From contig NEEC01000007.1 of NCBI GenBank assembly GCA_002189035.1, positions 186,001 through 250,000 on the forward strand: a stretch of 64,000 nucleotides of DNA, written 5' to 3'. This stretch comes from Utricularia gibba. Its lineage: Eukaryota; Plantae; Magnoliophyta. Below the pieces are notes generated by a model. It saw nothing but the letters and a program-made list of their open reading frames with translations. It was not told the origin of the DNA and did no database searches. The position numbers and the translations under genes were made by a program. Numbering within the stretch: position 1 is the first letter of the stretch; the number at the start of each line of letters is the position of its first letter. Positions 25,307 to 36,179 of the stretch are shown in pieces.

Positions 25307-25769
25307 CTAAGCTGGTCGCGGCGGCGGAGCGGGCGATGGGTGGTTGTTGCGAAGCTGAGGAAGGAGGAGGACATCTGGATGATGTTCCATTGGTGGGCGT
25401 TCCACTTCATATGTAGTGAAATCTAGAGAATCAGCGGTTGGAATCAAATGTGCGTTCAGGATCAGACATCCAGATTTCCGGATTGGGCCCGACAAAAAAC
25501 CTTATCGGGCCTGCCTGGGATGGGATTACATTCCAACCACCCAGTAAAAAGGACCTTCGTAATTCCATTCCACTGTTGAATTTTCTTCAGACACCGCCAA
25601 ATGTGACACGCAGATGGCAGGGAATGGGACAAGAATATTTTTGTGTCTGTTTCTATGGATGTTGTCGGATCAAGAAAAAGCATTGAATTACATTTGTAGT
25701 CGACTCTACAAGGTATATATGAATGAATGTGTATGGTACCCAATACCCAGCCGTTTTCAACAGCTCAAG

Positions 25770-27238
25770 TCAAGCCGCGGCAGCTTTGGAGCAGACATCA
25801 AATACATCTTCCAATGGGGCATGATCACCAGTACCTTCATCCTTTCTGGCGTATAGCAACTTCTTCCCTTTGAACACAAACATTCCTCCCTGTTCATTAG
25901 TAGCATCATTCATCAGGCGCTACAGTCTCACACTCAAAAAGTTGGGCTCTCCCCAGAACCCCACGAAGGGTAAGAGGTTTAACAAAAGAACCTGCTGCAG
26001 GACGCTGCTGACATCTTCTGGTGTAGCCTGAATGGTGTAGTTCTTAGAGGCTTCTCTAATTGCTTCCCCCGAGAAAATACTTTTACCTGAAATGGAGCTT
26101 ATGCTTCACACCGGATGCATTGTAACGAATTCAAAAGGCAGAGAACAAGCTTGAGATCTGGAAAAGCCTGTTGAGAGTAAGAAAGGGAAATGCGTACACT
26201 AGCGGAGTTGAAAAATGTGCGGCCAATACCATAATACAAGCCCAAGACATCATACGCCTGAAGTTTAAGAGGAGCAGCTGAACTTAGTAGTGCGCATTGT
26301 CATACACAAACAAAAATGTTAGTAGTACTGTCATTAATAACAGATATGAATGCAGAAGTTACCTTGCGTTCGGGGTCTGCATAGAGGGAATCCATTGGAA
26401 ATGGCAACTGTTCGAAAAATCATTTTAGCGCTAGCTCTAAAAGTTCAAGTGCGTATATATATGCCAACAGGTGCGGTAAGAAGCTAACATCATAAAACTT
26501 CAAAGCAAGTGAGGTTTTTTAACGATGGTGTTCATTGCTGGACGAAGCAGCTACAGAAAGAAGCACGGAGACAAAGGGAAATACCCTTTGAGCAAGAATT
26601 TGAGCTTTGTCGGGAGTACCAACACCAACTGCAACAAGCTTTACACCAATAGACTCAAATTTCTCCTTCGCTTCTCGAAGAGCTGTAGCGAATTCCCAAC
26701 TACAATACGGGAAGAGCAAAACAGCTCCAAGTTATCAGATATCTAGATTTTTCTATGAGCGGAAAATATGATAACTTACCAACAAATACAGCCAAAATGT
26801 CTCAAAAGTGCAACAACAGCAACCCCCTACGTGGATCAAGTTCAAATTGTGTTAGGTTTTCATGTCCCCAAATGGAATTATCCCCTCAAGATATGATGTT
26901 TAGTGTTTTAATCCAATTTTTGCTAAAGATGAAGAGAAAGGAATTACCTCCTCCTGATCCCAGAGGTCCTTAAAACTGACAGGCGCTCCAGCCGCTGTAA
27001 AAATATTAACTTCCCCTAAAACATCCGCAATTTCATCGGACACCACGGAGGCCGCTTCAGCTGCCGAAGAAGCTCTCATCAACACGTTCCTTCGACGGCA
27101 CCACTCGGATTCAGTAACAAAACTCATCGATTTCTTAGATGCTCCGACGGGTTTCAGAGCCATTTGTGGGTTTGGATGGTAGATTGAGGGGACAAAAGTA
27201 CCCGGTAAAGCAGAAGAAAGAATACGTAGAGACAACAT
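25770..27238 (-). CDS. Thioredoxin-like AAED1/PRXL2 (AhpC/TSA_2) protein, probably plastid-targeted; one apparent 1-nt frameshift
   Basis: Six exons encode a transit-like N-terminus, VVALLRHFGCICCWEFA, LYADPERKAYDVLGLYYG and QQGGMFVFKG...DEGTGDHAPLEDV. Exon 5 reads in frame only if the C5 at 26066-26070 is C6. Confidence 0.88.
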
Positions 27239-27673
27239 TCTCGCTGTAGTTTCCGCTTCCAGAGCAGGCAAAATGATCAGCCGCAGTTACCGAACCTCGC
27301 TGAACTAGTGGTGGCGGGAGAATGGAGACTCGTGGCACAAAGCTGACTAAACGACGCCGTTTCCCTTCCGCGTCCCTTGTTTCCGGAAATTATATTCCGA
27401 CCCCATAACTTAGTCGTATTCACTTCAACACTACGCTCTGCGGAGACACGGGGAATGGTACGTAGGTGACAAAAATATTCAGACAAAAATATTTTTTGAC
27501 TGTAATGTTCAGACTAAGTAAAATATAAAAAAAATATTGATTAGTATAATAAACAACCTCAAGTTCTCCAGCTGCACATGAAACAGCACAAAGTGCAAGT
27601 ATCTCTGGGAATAAAACACTCCCTTGTTCAAGTAAGCTACACAAGTCAGCAAAGTACACAGAACAGCCCCTGA

Positions 27674-29749
27674 TTACCGCAGAAAGGATGCCCAAAGAGC
27701 CACAACCAAGACACCGAGACTGAGGGACACAACAATGGCAGAAGATGCAAAAACCGAAATCTTTGGTGAGAATCGTTTGTAGTCGTTTGAGTCAGAGCTT
27801 GACTCGGAGACCCGGATATCAGCCTCATCAGGAGTTGATGATGAGGCCGTTGAATTAGACCATGGTTGTTCTTCACTTGGCTTATCACTATCCTCCTGCA
27901 GAGACCAAAGCAGCTGTAGTTTTATTATTCAGCCATTACCAAGAGAAATGGATGGAGTAGTTGAAAGGTAAATGGAACCTGAGTTGAACTTGAGCTCTTC
28001 ACTTCCTTGGGAGCTGAAAACTGTACTGGACCAACTTGAAGCTTCTTCTGCAGGCGAATTCTTCTAGGGGCGCTTCCTTGCGTGCCAGTGGTTCCGGGAT
28101 TGGACTGATTTGAAACCGTCCGAGACCTTATCTTAATCCCCGTGAAAGCTCCTTCCTCGGGAAACTGATTGTGAATAAAGTCAGCGGTGGATTCTGTCGG
28201 GAAAGGGGACTCCAGCTTGATTTCTTCCGCAATCATATCAGCAACCGGATTATGTTCGTTCTAGTGTATGATTAAGAAAATTATGTCAAGTTTTCACTGT
28301 ATGACCCAATAAATTCTAGAAAGCAGTTTATGAACCTCAAATTTTACCTGTTTTTGTGACACCTCACCATCAGAATCACAGCTAGAATTACTTTCCTTCA
28401 CTAATGGCTGAATATTCATCCCGTTAGGACTATCAAGAGCTGAAAAGGAGTACCTTCCATCAAAATTCAGCTGCTCGGGACTAGTTATAACTGAGTTCCA
28501 AAAATCACTGGCGCCAGCATCATTTGTTGACGGATAGTTGCATAGGTCCCCAGGAAAACCTTCACAAAGGTATGAGCTTCGCAGTTCTGACTCCACCTGA
28601 GTGTGAAGTGGAGAAAATAATTTCCAGTCTGAAGAATAATCCATTGTGGAGCCCATACGCTCCCGTAAAAAATCCAGATCTGCATCAAGCTATTGGAAAA
28701 TGGAAAAAATCAGAACTGTTATAAAGCAAGGACACACTGTAGAGTAATCAACATCTAGAATGAATAAAATGTGAATGGAAAACAACTTCTTTACTCACAG
28801 AGGCATATATCGAATCAGTAGACTCCATCTCGTCGCTTTTGCCGCTGTAGCTCTGTAAATCAGTAGGTACATGAGCATACACCACTGATTTCTGAGACCT
28901 TGAATTTGTATGGTTTTCCACAGAAGTCTGCTTTTCATCTGGGGCCGCACTAACTGGGGTTACGGAATCCGAATGTTCTTCTTCAGCAGAAGACTTCAGC
29001 ACAGCAGGCGAAGAGAAAATATCCCCATCTTCTGTGAGCGTGATCTCGTCTTTGTTATCCTGTGTTCTCTCCGTCTTTTTGAACAAACGGCAGAGCACAA
29101 AACCACTCTACAAGATAAAAGACAATAGGAATAACCATTATGAAAATAACCAACTTCCCTCTACAAAAAAAGTTACCCAGATCAACCAAAATGGGAAGCC
29201 CACCTGGCCGGGATGAGTACCATCGAGGGCTTTGTCAATAGCTCGATACTCATGTATCACCCAATTTGTCCTCTTTCCCTCAGGGGCACGTCCAGTGTAG
29301 AAAACAAGAGTCTTTTTCATCCCAATCTTGGAACCCCTCTTCGACACTATAGTCCTGTCTTTACCAGTGGCCTTCCAATAACCTTTTTCCGTTGCCCTGT
29401 TCAATCTCTGCCCATTCTGATATTTTCGATCCTTCGGACAGAAGAAGAACCACTCATTGTCGATAGACTCTATAGCAGAAAGAGCTGCAGAAACAGTGAA
29501 ATATTACTTCCATTCCCAAGAAAACCCAAGAAATTTTCCCGTTCAGGAAAAAAAGATGTGCGTAAGACATTCGCGAAGATTACCTGGCAAATCCCAAGGC
29601 TCCTGTTTACAAACATCAATTTCACGAATAGCACTGACTTCTTTGTCATGGCCCCTAATCTTGAGACTGAGGTAGTGATTAACAAGCTCCTCATCCGTAG
29701 GCCGAAATCGGTAACCCACCGGCAAATCATCAGCCGTAAGCACTGCCAT
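27674..29749 (-). CDS. Membrane-bound NAC transcription factor (NTL6/TIP/NTL9-like)
   Basis: NAC domain [19 protein letters not shown]...EPWDLP...[10 protein letters not shown]...[10 protein letters not shown], a [10 protein letters not shown] motif and a C-terminal TM anchor [28 protein letters not shown]. Confidence 0.92.
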
Positions 29750-31091
29750 ACCTCAACCCACTTCAACCAACAAACCAAAATACGCGAAATCTGGTGCACT
29801 GAAATAAGAAAGAATCGCAAAATCCCAAGGTGAAGAAACCCTAAGCGAAGGGAGGGGGATGAAGATACTGGGAAATTCAGTGGGTCAGCAGCAAGCAGCC
29901 TGGTGTAACTTTCAGACAAGTCACACGCGCTGTACAATCTCGACGCGTGTCCTCCGCGTTCACCCGCCTTCTACGTAATTTCCTCAAATCAGGAAACTAC
30001 TTTCCCCTCATCCATTCCCCCACGCCATTTAATTACATAAATGGGCCGGATGGTTAACAAGAACTTGATAAGTGAGCCCCACAAGTCCATTACTACGAAT
30101 ATCCTTTTCTAGGCCCACTATGATTTTCCGAAAGTATTTTTCTAAAAATATTTCTAAGGTTGAAATGGGAAAGGGTTGAGACTTTGTTTAGGAGTATTAT
30201 TTAGAAAATTGGTTATTGGTACATATTATCCTATTAAGTTAAAAATTTATATTAAGAATAATCATTTTTCTTATATAATGATGAAATGATGATCAAAATT
30301 TTAATTCTCCCTTATTTCGATATCTTTTGTTTGTTTTTAAAAAAGCACTTCAAAATAATCATATTTGAAAACAAATAGAAACCATCAAATCAAGAAGGGT
30401 ATTTCAAAAAGTGTCACCTTATAATATAAAATGATCATATTTTTAAATGAGCTCTAACCAAGAACACCAATTCTATAAATAATGTATGATCATGGGAGGC
30501 TGTGCTTGTATGATATGCTGGGCTCCACTGATCGCTGCCGGAGAAGCGAAGGCAGCAGTTGCAGAGACGATGCCAAGCGCTTGGAGTCGCGTTGGAAGGT
30601 GAAAAAGCATTGATCTCGGACCACCTTGCTTTCTGTTTTGCCTTTAAGAAAGTAATGTTGGTAATGAAAGTGGAGAGGTCAAATGATAATACGAATGAAA
30701 TGTAGGGTTCTCTTACATCACTCGTTATTCACGTTTTCCTCCCTAACGACAGAAACTACTGATCAGTAGAATCCTTCAATTGTCTCTATATATATTCCCC
30801 CACTCCGCCTTTTTGTCTTACGATTTTGAGTGCTGGGGAGGGGTGGGAGTGGGGGATCCGGCTCTGTGGTAAGTGACTTCTGTTCTTGAACTTCCGTATT
30901 GACTTTTCCATGTGGAAATTGTTTTCGAATTATGGGGTTTCCTTGACAACACGCTTTTCTCTTTTGAAAATCTGCCCTTTATGTAGGGTCTGATTTCTTG
31001 CTTTTTTGTTTGTATAATTCCCATGTTTTTTGGGGGCATGCAGAAAAACGTAAGACTGTCTTTGTCTTTGACGGTTCCCTTGACAGAAGAA

Positions 31092-31529
31092 ATGGAGGTA
31101 TTTGGGACAAACATGGTAGTTGCTCCTACCAATGTTATTTACTTGTCTAGTGTTACTGGCCAAGACGGGCCTAATCCTGTCCACAAGTGTGACTGGAAAT
31201 GCCAAAACGAGAATATATTTGGAAACATGTATCTTTGCAAGCTAACTGGTTTTAATCACATTTGTGACAGTAACTGTAACCAGAGAATTTTGTATGACAA
31301 TCATACCTGCGTTTGCAGAGTGAGCAAAAAGTTTTTTCCACTAACCCCAGTTGAACGACAAGCTGTGAAAGGTGTTCGCAGGAAGCTTGAGACCGAGAGT
31401 TGCCCACAAGAGAGTTGTTCTTTTAAACGCGGAAGGGATGCTCGTTCTCACCTTTCACTGTTTCAGAGCTCATTCACATCCACTGCTCCCATATGCAGTC
31501 AAATTGTGGACGGCATGGATATGAGCTAG
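31092..31529 (+). CDS. Small Cys/His-rich protein (SKIP31 C-terminus/herpes UL92-like motif), no F-box
   Basis: 145-aa ORF after a 5'UTR intron (donor about 30870, acceptor about 31089). Contains HKCDWKCQNENIFGNMYLCKLTGFNHICDSNCNQRILYDNHTCVCRVS. TATA at about 30787. Confidence 0.82.
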   Translation: MEVFGTNMVVAPTNVIYLSSVTGQDGPNPVHKCDWKCQNENIFGNMYLCKLTGFNHICDSNCNQRILYDNHTCVCRVSKKFFPLTPVERQAVKGVRRKLETESCPQESCSFKRGRDARSHLSLFQSSFTSTAPICSQIVDGMDMS

Positions 31530-33257
31530 GCGTTCTGACCACGAAATGTGCATCCATCACTGTCCTTTTCCCTTCAACCTGTTTTGTTCTAGGATAGCTG
31601 AAGTGCTCAAGACATTATTAGTATCCATGTTGCAGTTACCCTTTTTTTTTTTTTCTGTGGTGCTTCTGACGTTATCTGCTGGAACTATGTTGAACTTTAT
31701 GTTCTGTACCCATTAGTTAATGAGCATTACTCAGCAGCTTATCACTTCTTGAACTATGGTGCCATACTGGGCTCTGGAATGTTATTCAGTGGCCATTTGT
31801 CTGTATCTTTTTCCTTGGACTTGTTAGGGTGTCTCACTGTATATCTGAAAAAGTTTAACTAGGTTCAGGTTGATGAAGACATTGTTTGATTTGTTATTCC
31901 GCTTTTTTTTTTTCTTTTCCTTCAAGCTCGTTTGCTAAACTATTTCATTTTACAGGAGCTGAAGCAAATGTAGTGTTCAGGAGAGTCCGTCAATTTTCTG
32001 TTTTTTCCCACCTATGCTGATATGTTATCCAACACGCAACTTGTACTTGATACTTTGGCTGCGTTAAGTGATATACTTCTTTGTTGGCAGAGAAAGTGTT
32101 ATCATTGGACTATTTCTACTTCAGAAGAATACGCCGGCGCCATGTATGGGCGATTTCCAAGCAAGCAATGCTCCTTGCCTGCCTCAGCCAAACCATTTTC
32201 TGCTGAAAGATAAAGGTACTTCTGCTGGCTAGAAAAAAGAACTTTTGTTGAAGTACTTGACGACAAGCATTCTATGGCGAGTGCAGTTTTCTCATTAAAA
32301 GCTAATCAGCAGGGGCAGTTGATCCATACCTGGAAGGATAAATAATGTGAGTAGAAACTAAACTCTGCATTTGCCAGGCGTAAAAGCCCTGGCTGCACCG
32401 CACCTGTTTGCTCCCCGGCGTGCTGCCTGCACTTGGTGAGGTGAAGCTCAACCGGGAAGGCTGAGCTCGCCAGCTGACCGGCCGGAAGATCCTTCTCCAT
32501 TCTGTGTAGATGGTGGACAATGTTGATCCTCCCATCTGTTCACAGTTCACGGAAATGGTGAACTTAGTGCCAAAAATAGAAGGGTTTGTTGCGAGTATAG
32601 AACTATAGATGCTAACAAACATTGATTGTGGAAGAAATGTGGCTGCTGACTTCAGTAAAATTTTCTCTGCATTTTGATTTTTCTAAAGAGGAATATTTCT
32701 TAAAATTCAAATATTATAGAGAAAAATAATTCAGAATAAAGGACTAAAATGGTTTCTGGAAATATACAATCTGAAATGGAATATTGGAATCTTGATCCCT
32801 CTCTGTCGCCCCGTCACTGCCAGCAGAAGACGCAATCCTTCTCTCTCCATAAAATGGAATCTGTATCCCACGCTTGATTCTGCATGTGCTCATGTTGCAG
32901 CCCAATCGGGAAGTGTTCTTGTGTTAAATTCAGCGCCAAAGTTTGCGGTTTTATCGTGACAGATTTCGTTGGTTTTGCTGCGGTGAATCTTTGTTCTTTT
33001 TCGGTATTTTCGCGTTTAGTTTGTTTGTGGAGCACCAGATTTTGATTCAGTCGATATGGGTATGCTCAATTAGGAGCTCCTTTGCCGCCTCGCTGTTTCA
33101 AATACCGTTGTTTGAATCTGGGAATGAAGATTGTGTATTCTTTCTTCCGTGTAAGTATGTCATCGTGAAAACAGGTCATAAGGGTTTCACTTACGGCCAG
33201 AGATTAGGTCTCCAAGGGGGGATAATTTGGGGGGTACCTGTTTCTTTGAAAAAAAAA

Positions 33258-35237
33258 ATGGATTTGCATATTGAGCAAATTCTCAATCAGTTTCTGCTTA
33301 AAAGCTTACACATTATACTGGATTCAAGAGTTCCCTCTGACCGGCCGTCGAACAGGTCTGGAAGTGTGAAAAAGAGTGACAAATGGTTTAACCTGGTGTT
33401 AGGGGACCGTCCTGTGGGTATGGAAAGCTTAAGCATATGGAACAGAAGTTCGATGGAACCTATGATTGTTGATATCATTATTGTCCAAGGATCACGAGGC
33501 CTTTCACCAGACAGTCGTGGTTCACGTACTGGAACAGGCACTGAGACTGTGGTCGAGAGATGGACGGTTCAGTATGAGTGTCAAAGATCGAATCTTCAAT
33601 ATGGTGATGTGTCTTACAAGAAGACATACAAGAAGGCAATCGTATTACTAAGGTCCGTTTTTTCCATGTTGAGGCTACTTCCGGCATACAAGGCTTTTCG
33701 TAAACTTAACTCATTGAAGCAGATTTGTGATTTTGATATCAGTTACAAAGTATGTTCATTTAGCTCTCCCTTTTCAAGGAAAGAGGAAGAAGCAATGAAG
33801 AAATACACTTTCTTTCCTGTTAACGCACATCAAGGCCATCTTTCTGTATCTGTGGTTTATCGGGAAAATCTTTCCGATTTCAAGCTAGACTCTTTTGTAT
33901 CCTTCCCGCCTGAGATCATTACTGACTATGTTGGTAGCCCTCTAGCAGACCCAATGAGGGCATTCCCTTGCACTCCATCCACAAGGGCTTGTCCCACATC
34001 TGTCCCCATTAGAGGGAGGCAGCATTCCTCATCACGCCAAAGGCCTCATAGCTGGAGCAGTGGTCTCCATAGGGATGTTTCTTTACAGAGGGAGCAGGCA
34101 TTTGGTGGATATCCACCATTATTTAACTCACCATATGAATATTCTCCATCGTCTACTGAAGTATACCCATATAGGAATCAACATGAAAGGTCCCCAGGTC
34201 ATCATAAAAGGGAGTCTGATGACTTTCTTTCACCTCCGTTCTCACCATCACCTTCTCCATCCCCTCCTACACACTTCTCCGGAGGAAACCCTTCCCAGAG
34301 TCGTCTGAATTCAGAAACTGCACCCATGAGCATTCCTCACTCTATGTTGGCCAGAAGTCCAAGATACCTTTCACCAAATTCTCCTGATCCAAATAGGCAC
34401 TCTCTGCCACCTTTATCTCCAAGACACACCAAATTTTATTCGTCATCAAATGAATCACCGTCAGGTATCAAAACAATTAGGAGACTGGATTCCCTCAGAG
34501 CTGGAGAATCAAGTTCGGGGTCTATGCATGCTAGTCAAAAGGTAGAGATTTCTTCATAAATTTGCAGTGAATTTCGACTGGCTTGACTCTTGGTTGATCG
34601 TATTTCCTAGGTGAATCATGATGCAAGAGACGACTCTGGGAGGTTTTCTAGTCTACCCTCTTTCAGTAGTTCACCACATGCTGCATTCTCTCAGAGTTCT
34701 AGCAGGGTATCTTTTCAGGATGACATGGGAGATTGTGATTTCTCATGTCCATTTATTGTTGATGACGTGGATCCACCTGATAGCCTTGCATGGTAATAGC
34801 TAATGCCACATGAACATACCAATTTCTTGAGAAATCCACCATTCTTCTTTTAACTATTATCTGAAATGTGTGTTTCCCGGCCCCTAATCATGTTTTCTGG
34901 TGAAAACAGCTTTGGCAGTTTTGGAGGAAACAATCCCGAAGTTTCTTCTCGAACCTCCTTAACAACGAAGAAATCACAGGATGCAGCAGTTGGTGCTCTC
35001 GTTCACATGCTGCAAACAGCTCCACCTCTTTGCCATGATTCTAGTTACCACACCCCCCACTCCTCCATAATCCAACATGATGGAGACAGCATTGGTGGAA
35101 GCGCTAGCGAATTCTTTAAGCCTCGGAAAACATCGGATGCCCTTGAAGAGCTAAAAGCTTACAAAGAAATGAAAGATATGCTACTTTCAAAAAGCGCAGC
35201 AGCCCATTTTCCAGGTAAAGAAAAATCCAAGTCCTGA
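33258..35237 (+). CDS. ATG13: Autophagy-related protein 13
   Basis: Exons 33258-34541, 34611-34792 and 34911-35237. HORMA-type N-terminus (QFLLKSLHIILDSRVP...DKWFNLVLG...VVERWTVQY), an S/P-rich region, CDFSCPFIVDDVD and KSQDAAVGALVHMLQTAPPL. Confidence 0.93.
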
Positions 35238-35564
35238 CATTTTGTGTCGTTCTTATTCTTAGAGTGATGTTACCGTCATTGTGTACATAATCATTGTTCG
35301 AAGGATTTGGGATGTCCCTCTTTGATCCATCCTCATCTGTGTTGTACATGAAACCAGTGAATGTTAAGGACTGTAGGCTAGTTCAGCCCTGTCAACATGC
35401 TAGCTTTTGAATACTACAGTGCCATTTTGAGTTCAAGAGCAGCAGCATGAACCTCGATCTGTAGAAGAGAAGCCTTCATGGTTTCTGTCTTTTTTTTTTT
35501 TGTCATGCGTGCGGACTTGGCGCTGGTTGAGACCAGGAGTGACTGAGAGAGAGCATGCAGGTGT

Positions 35565-35776
35565 CTTGTCCAGGCCACGCCCACATCTCTGCAGTGTGGA
35601 GATGGCGGAATCAGCTTGTCCCAAAACAATCAATGGGAGTCATCAGGGAAAAGCGGTTGTATGACAAAAAAAAGATGGCTGAATCAGCTTGTCCAGGCCA
35701 CGCCCACATCTCTGCATGTGTCTTTTTTGCCTCATTTCATATAATTAATATTCATAAGGGAAAAGCGGTTGTATGA
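35565..35776. repeat. Interleaved short direct repeats (A-B-C-B-A-C mosaic)
   Basis: A 29-bp unit at 35565 and 35688, a unit of about 22 bp at 35600 and 35673, and a 20-bp unit at 35645 and 35757. Confidence 0.85.
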
Positions 35777-36179
35777 AGGAATTAAAAAAAAGATAAGTAA
35801 TGATTTATTAATATTTGATCTTAAACTTGATGACCAGATAACGCTGGGAAATGAAATAAAAGTATTTTATTTGATTAAAAAATTTCCGGTTCAGCTCCTC
35901 GCAGCGCAGTTTCTAGAGGAAGTAAATAAAGCTCAAGAGGGAAAGAGCAAGACGACGAACAAAAGGGAATTCTTCCGACTCCCTTCCGAATATCTCTCAC
36001 TTCCTCAGCGAAGGAATCCTATTCTGTCATGGTCCCATGAGTATCCCTCGGAATTCTTCTTTTTTTCATTGGAGGAACATTGGGGAATCCTGGCTGTGTT
36101 CGATCCGCTTGTGCGCGTTTTGATCTGGAATTTCAGATTAGGAGTATAACGCTGGGGGATTTTGGAAGGGTCGGTAGCC

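Noticed and set aside
30490-30640. GC-richer island with 36-45 aa ORFs on both strands between the NAC and UL92-like genes
   Set aside because: No signal peptide, no known small-peptide motif (CLE, CEP, IDA, DVL, RALF) and no splice context.
31081-31100. TGACAGAAGA resembling the 5' half of miR156
   Set aside because: It is the splice acceptor and start context of the downstream CDS. The match stops at 10 nt and there is no hairpin.
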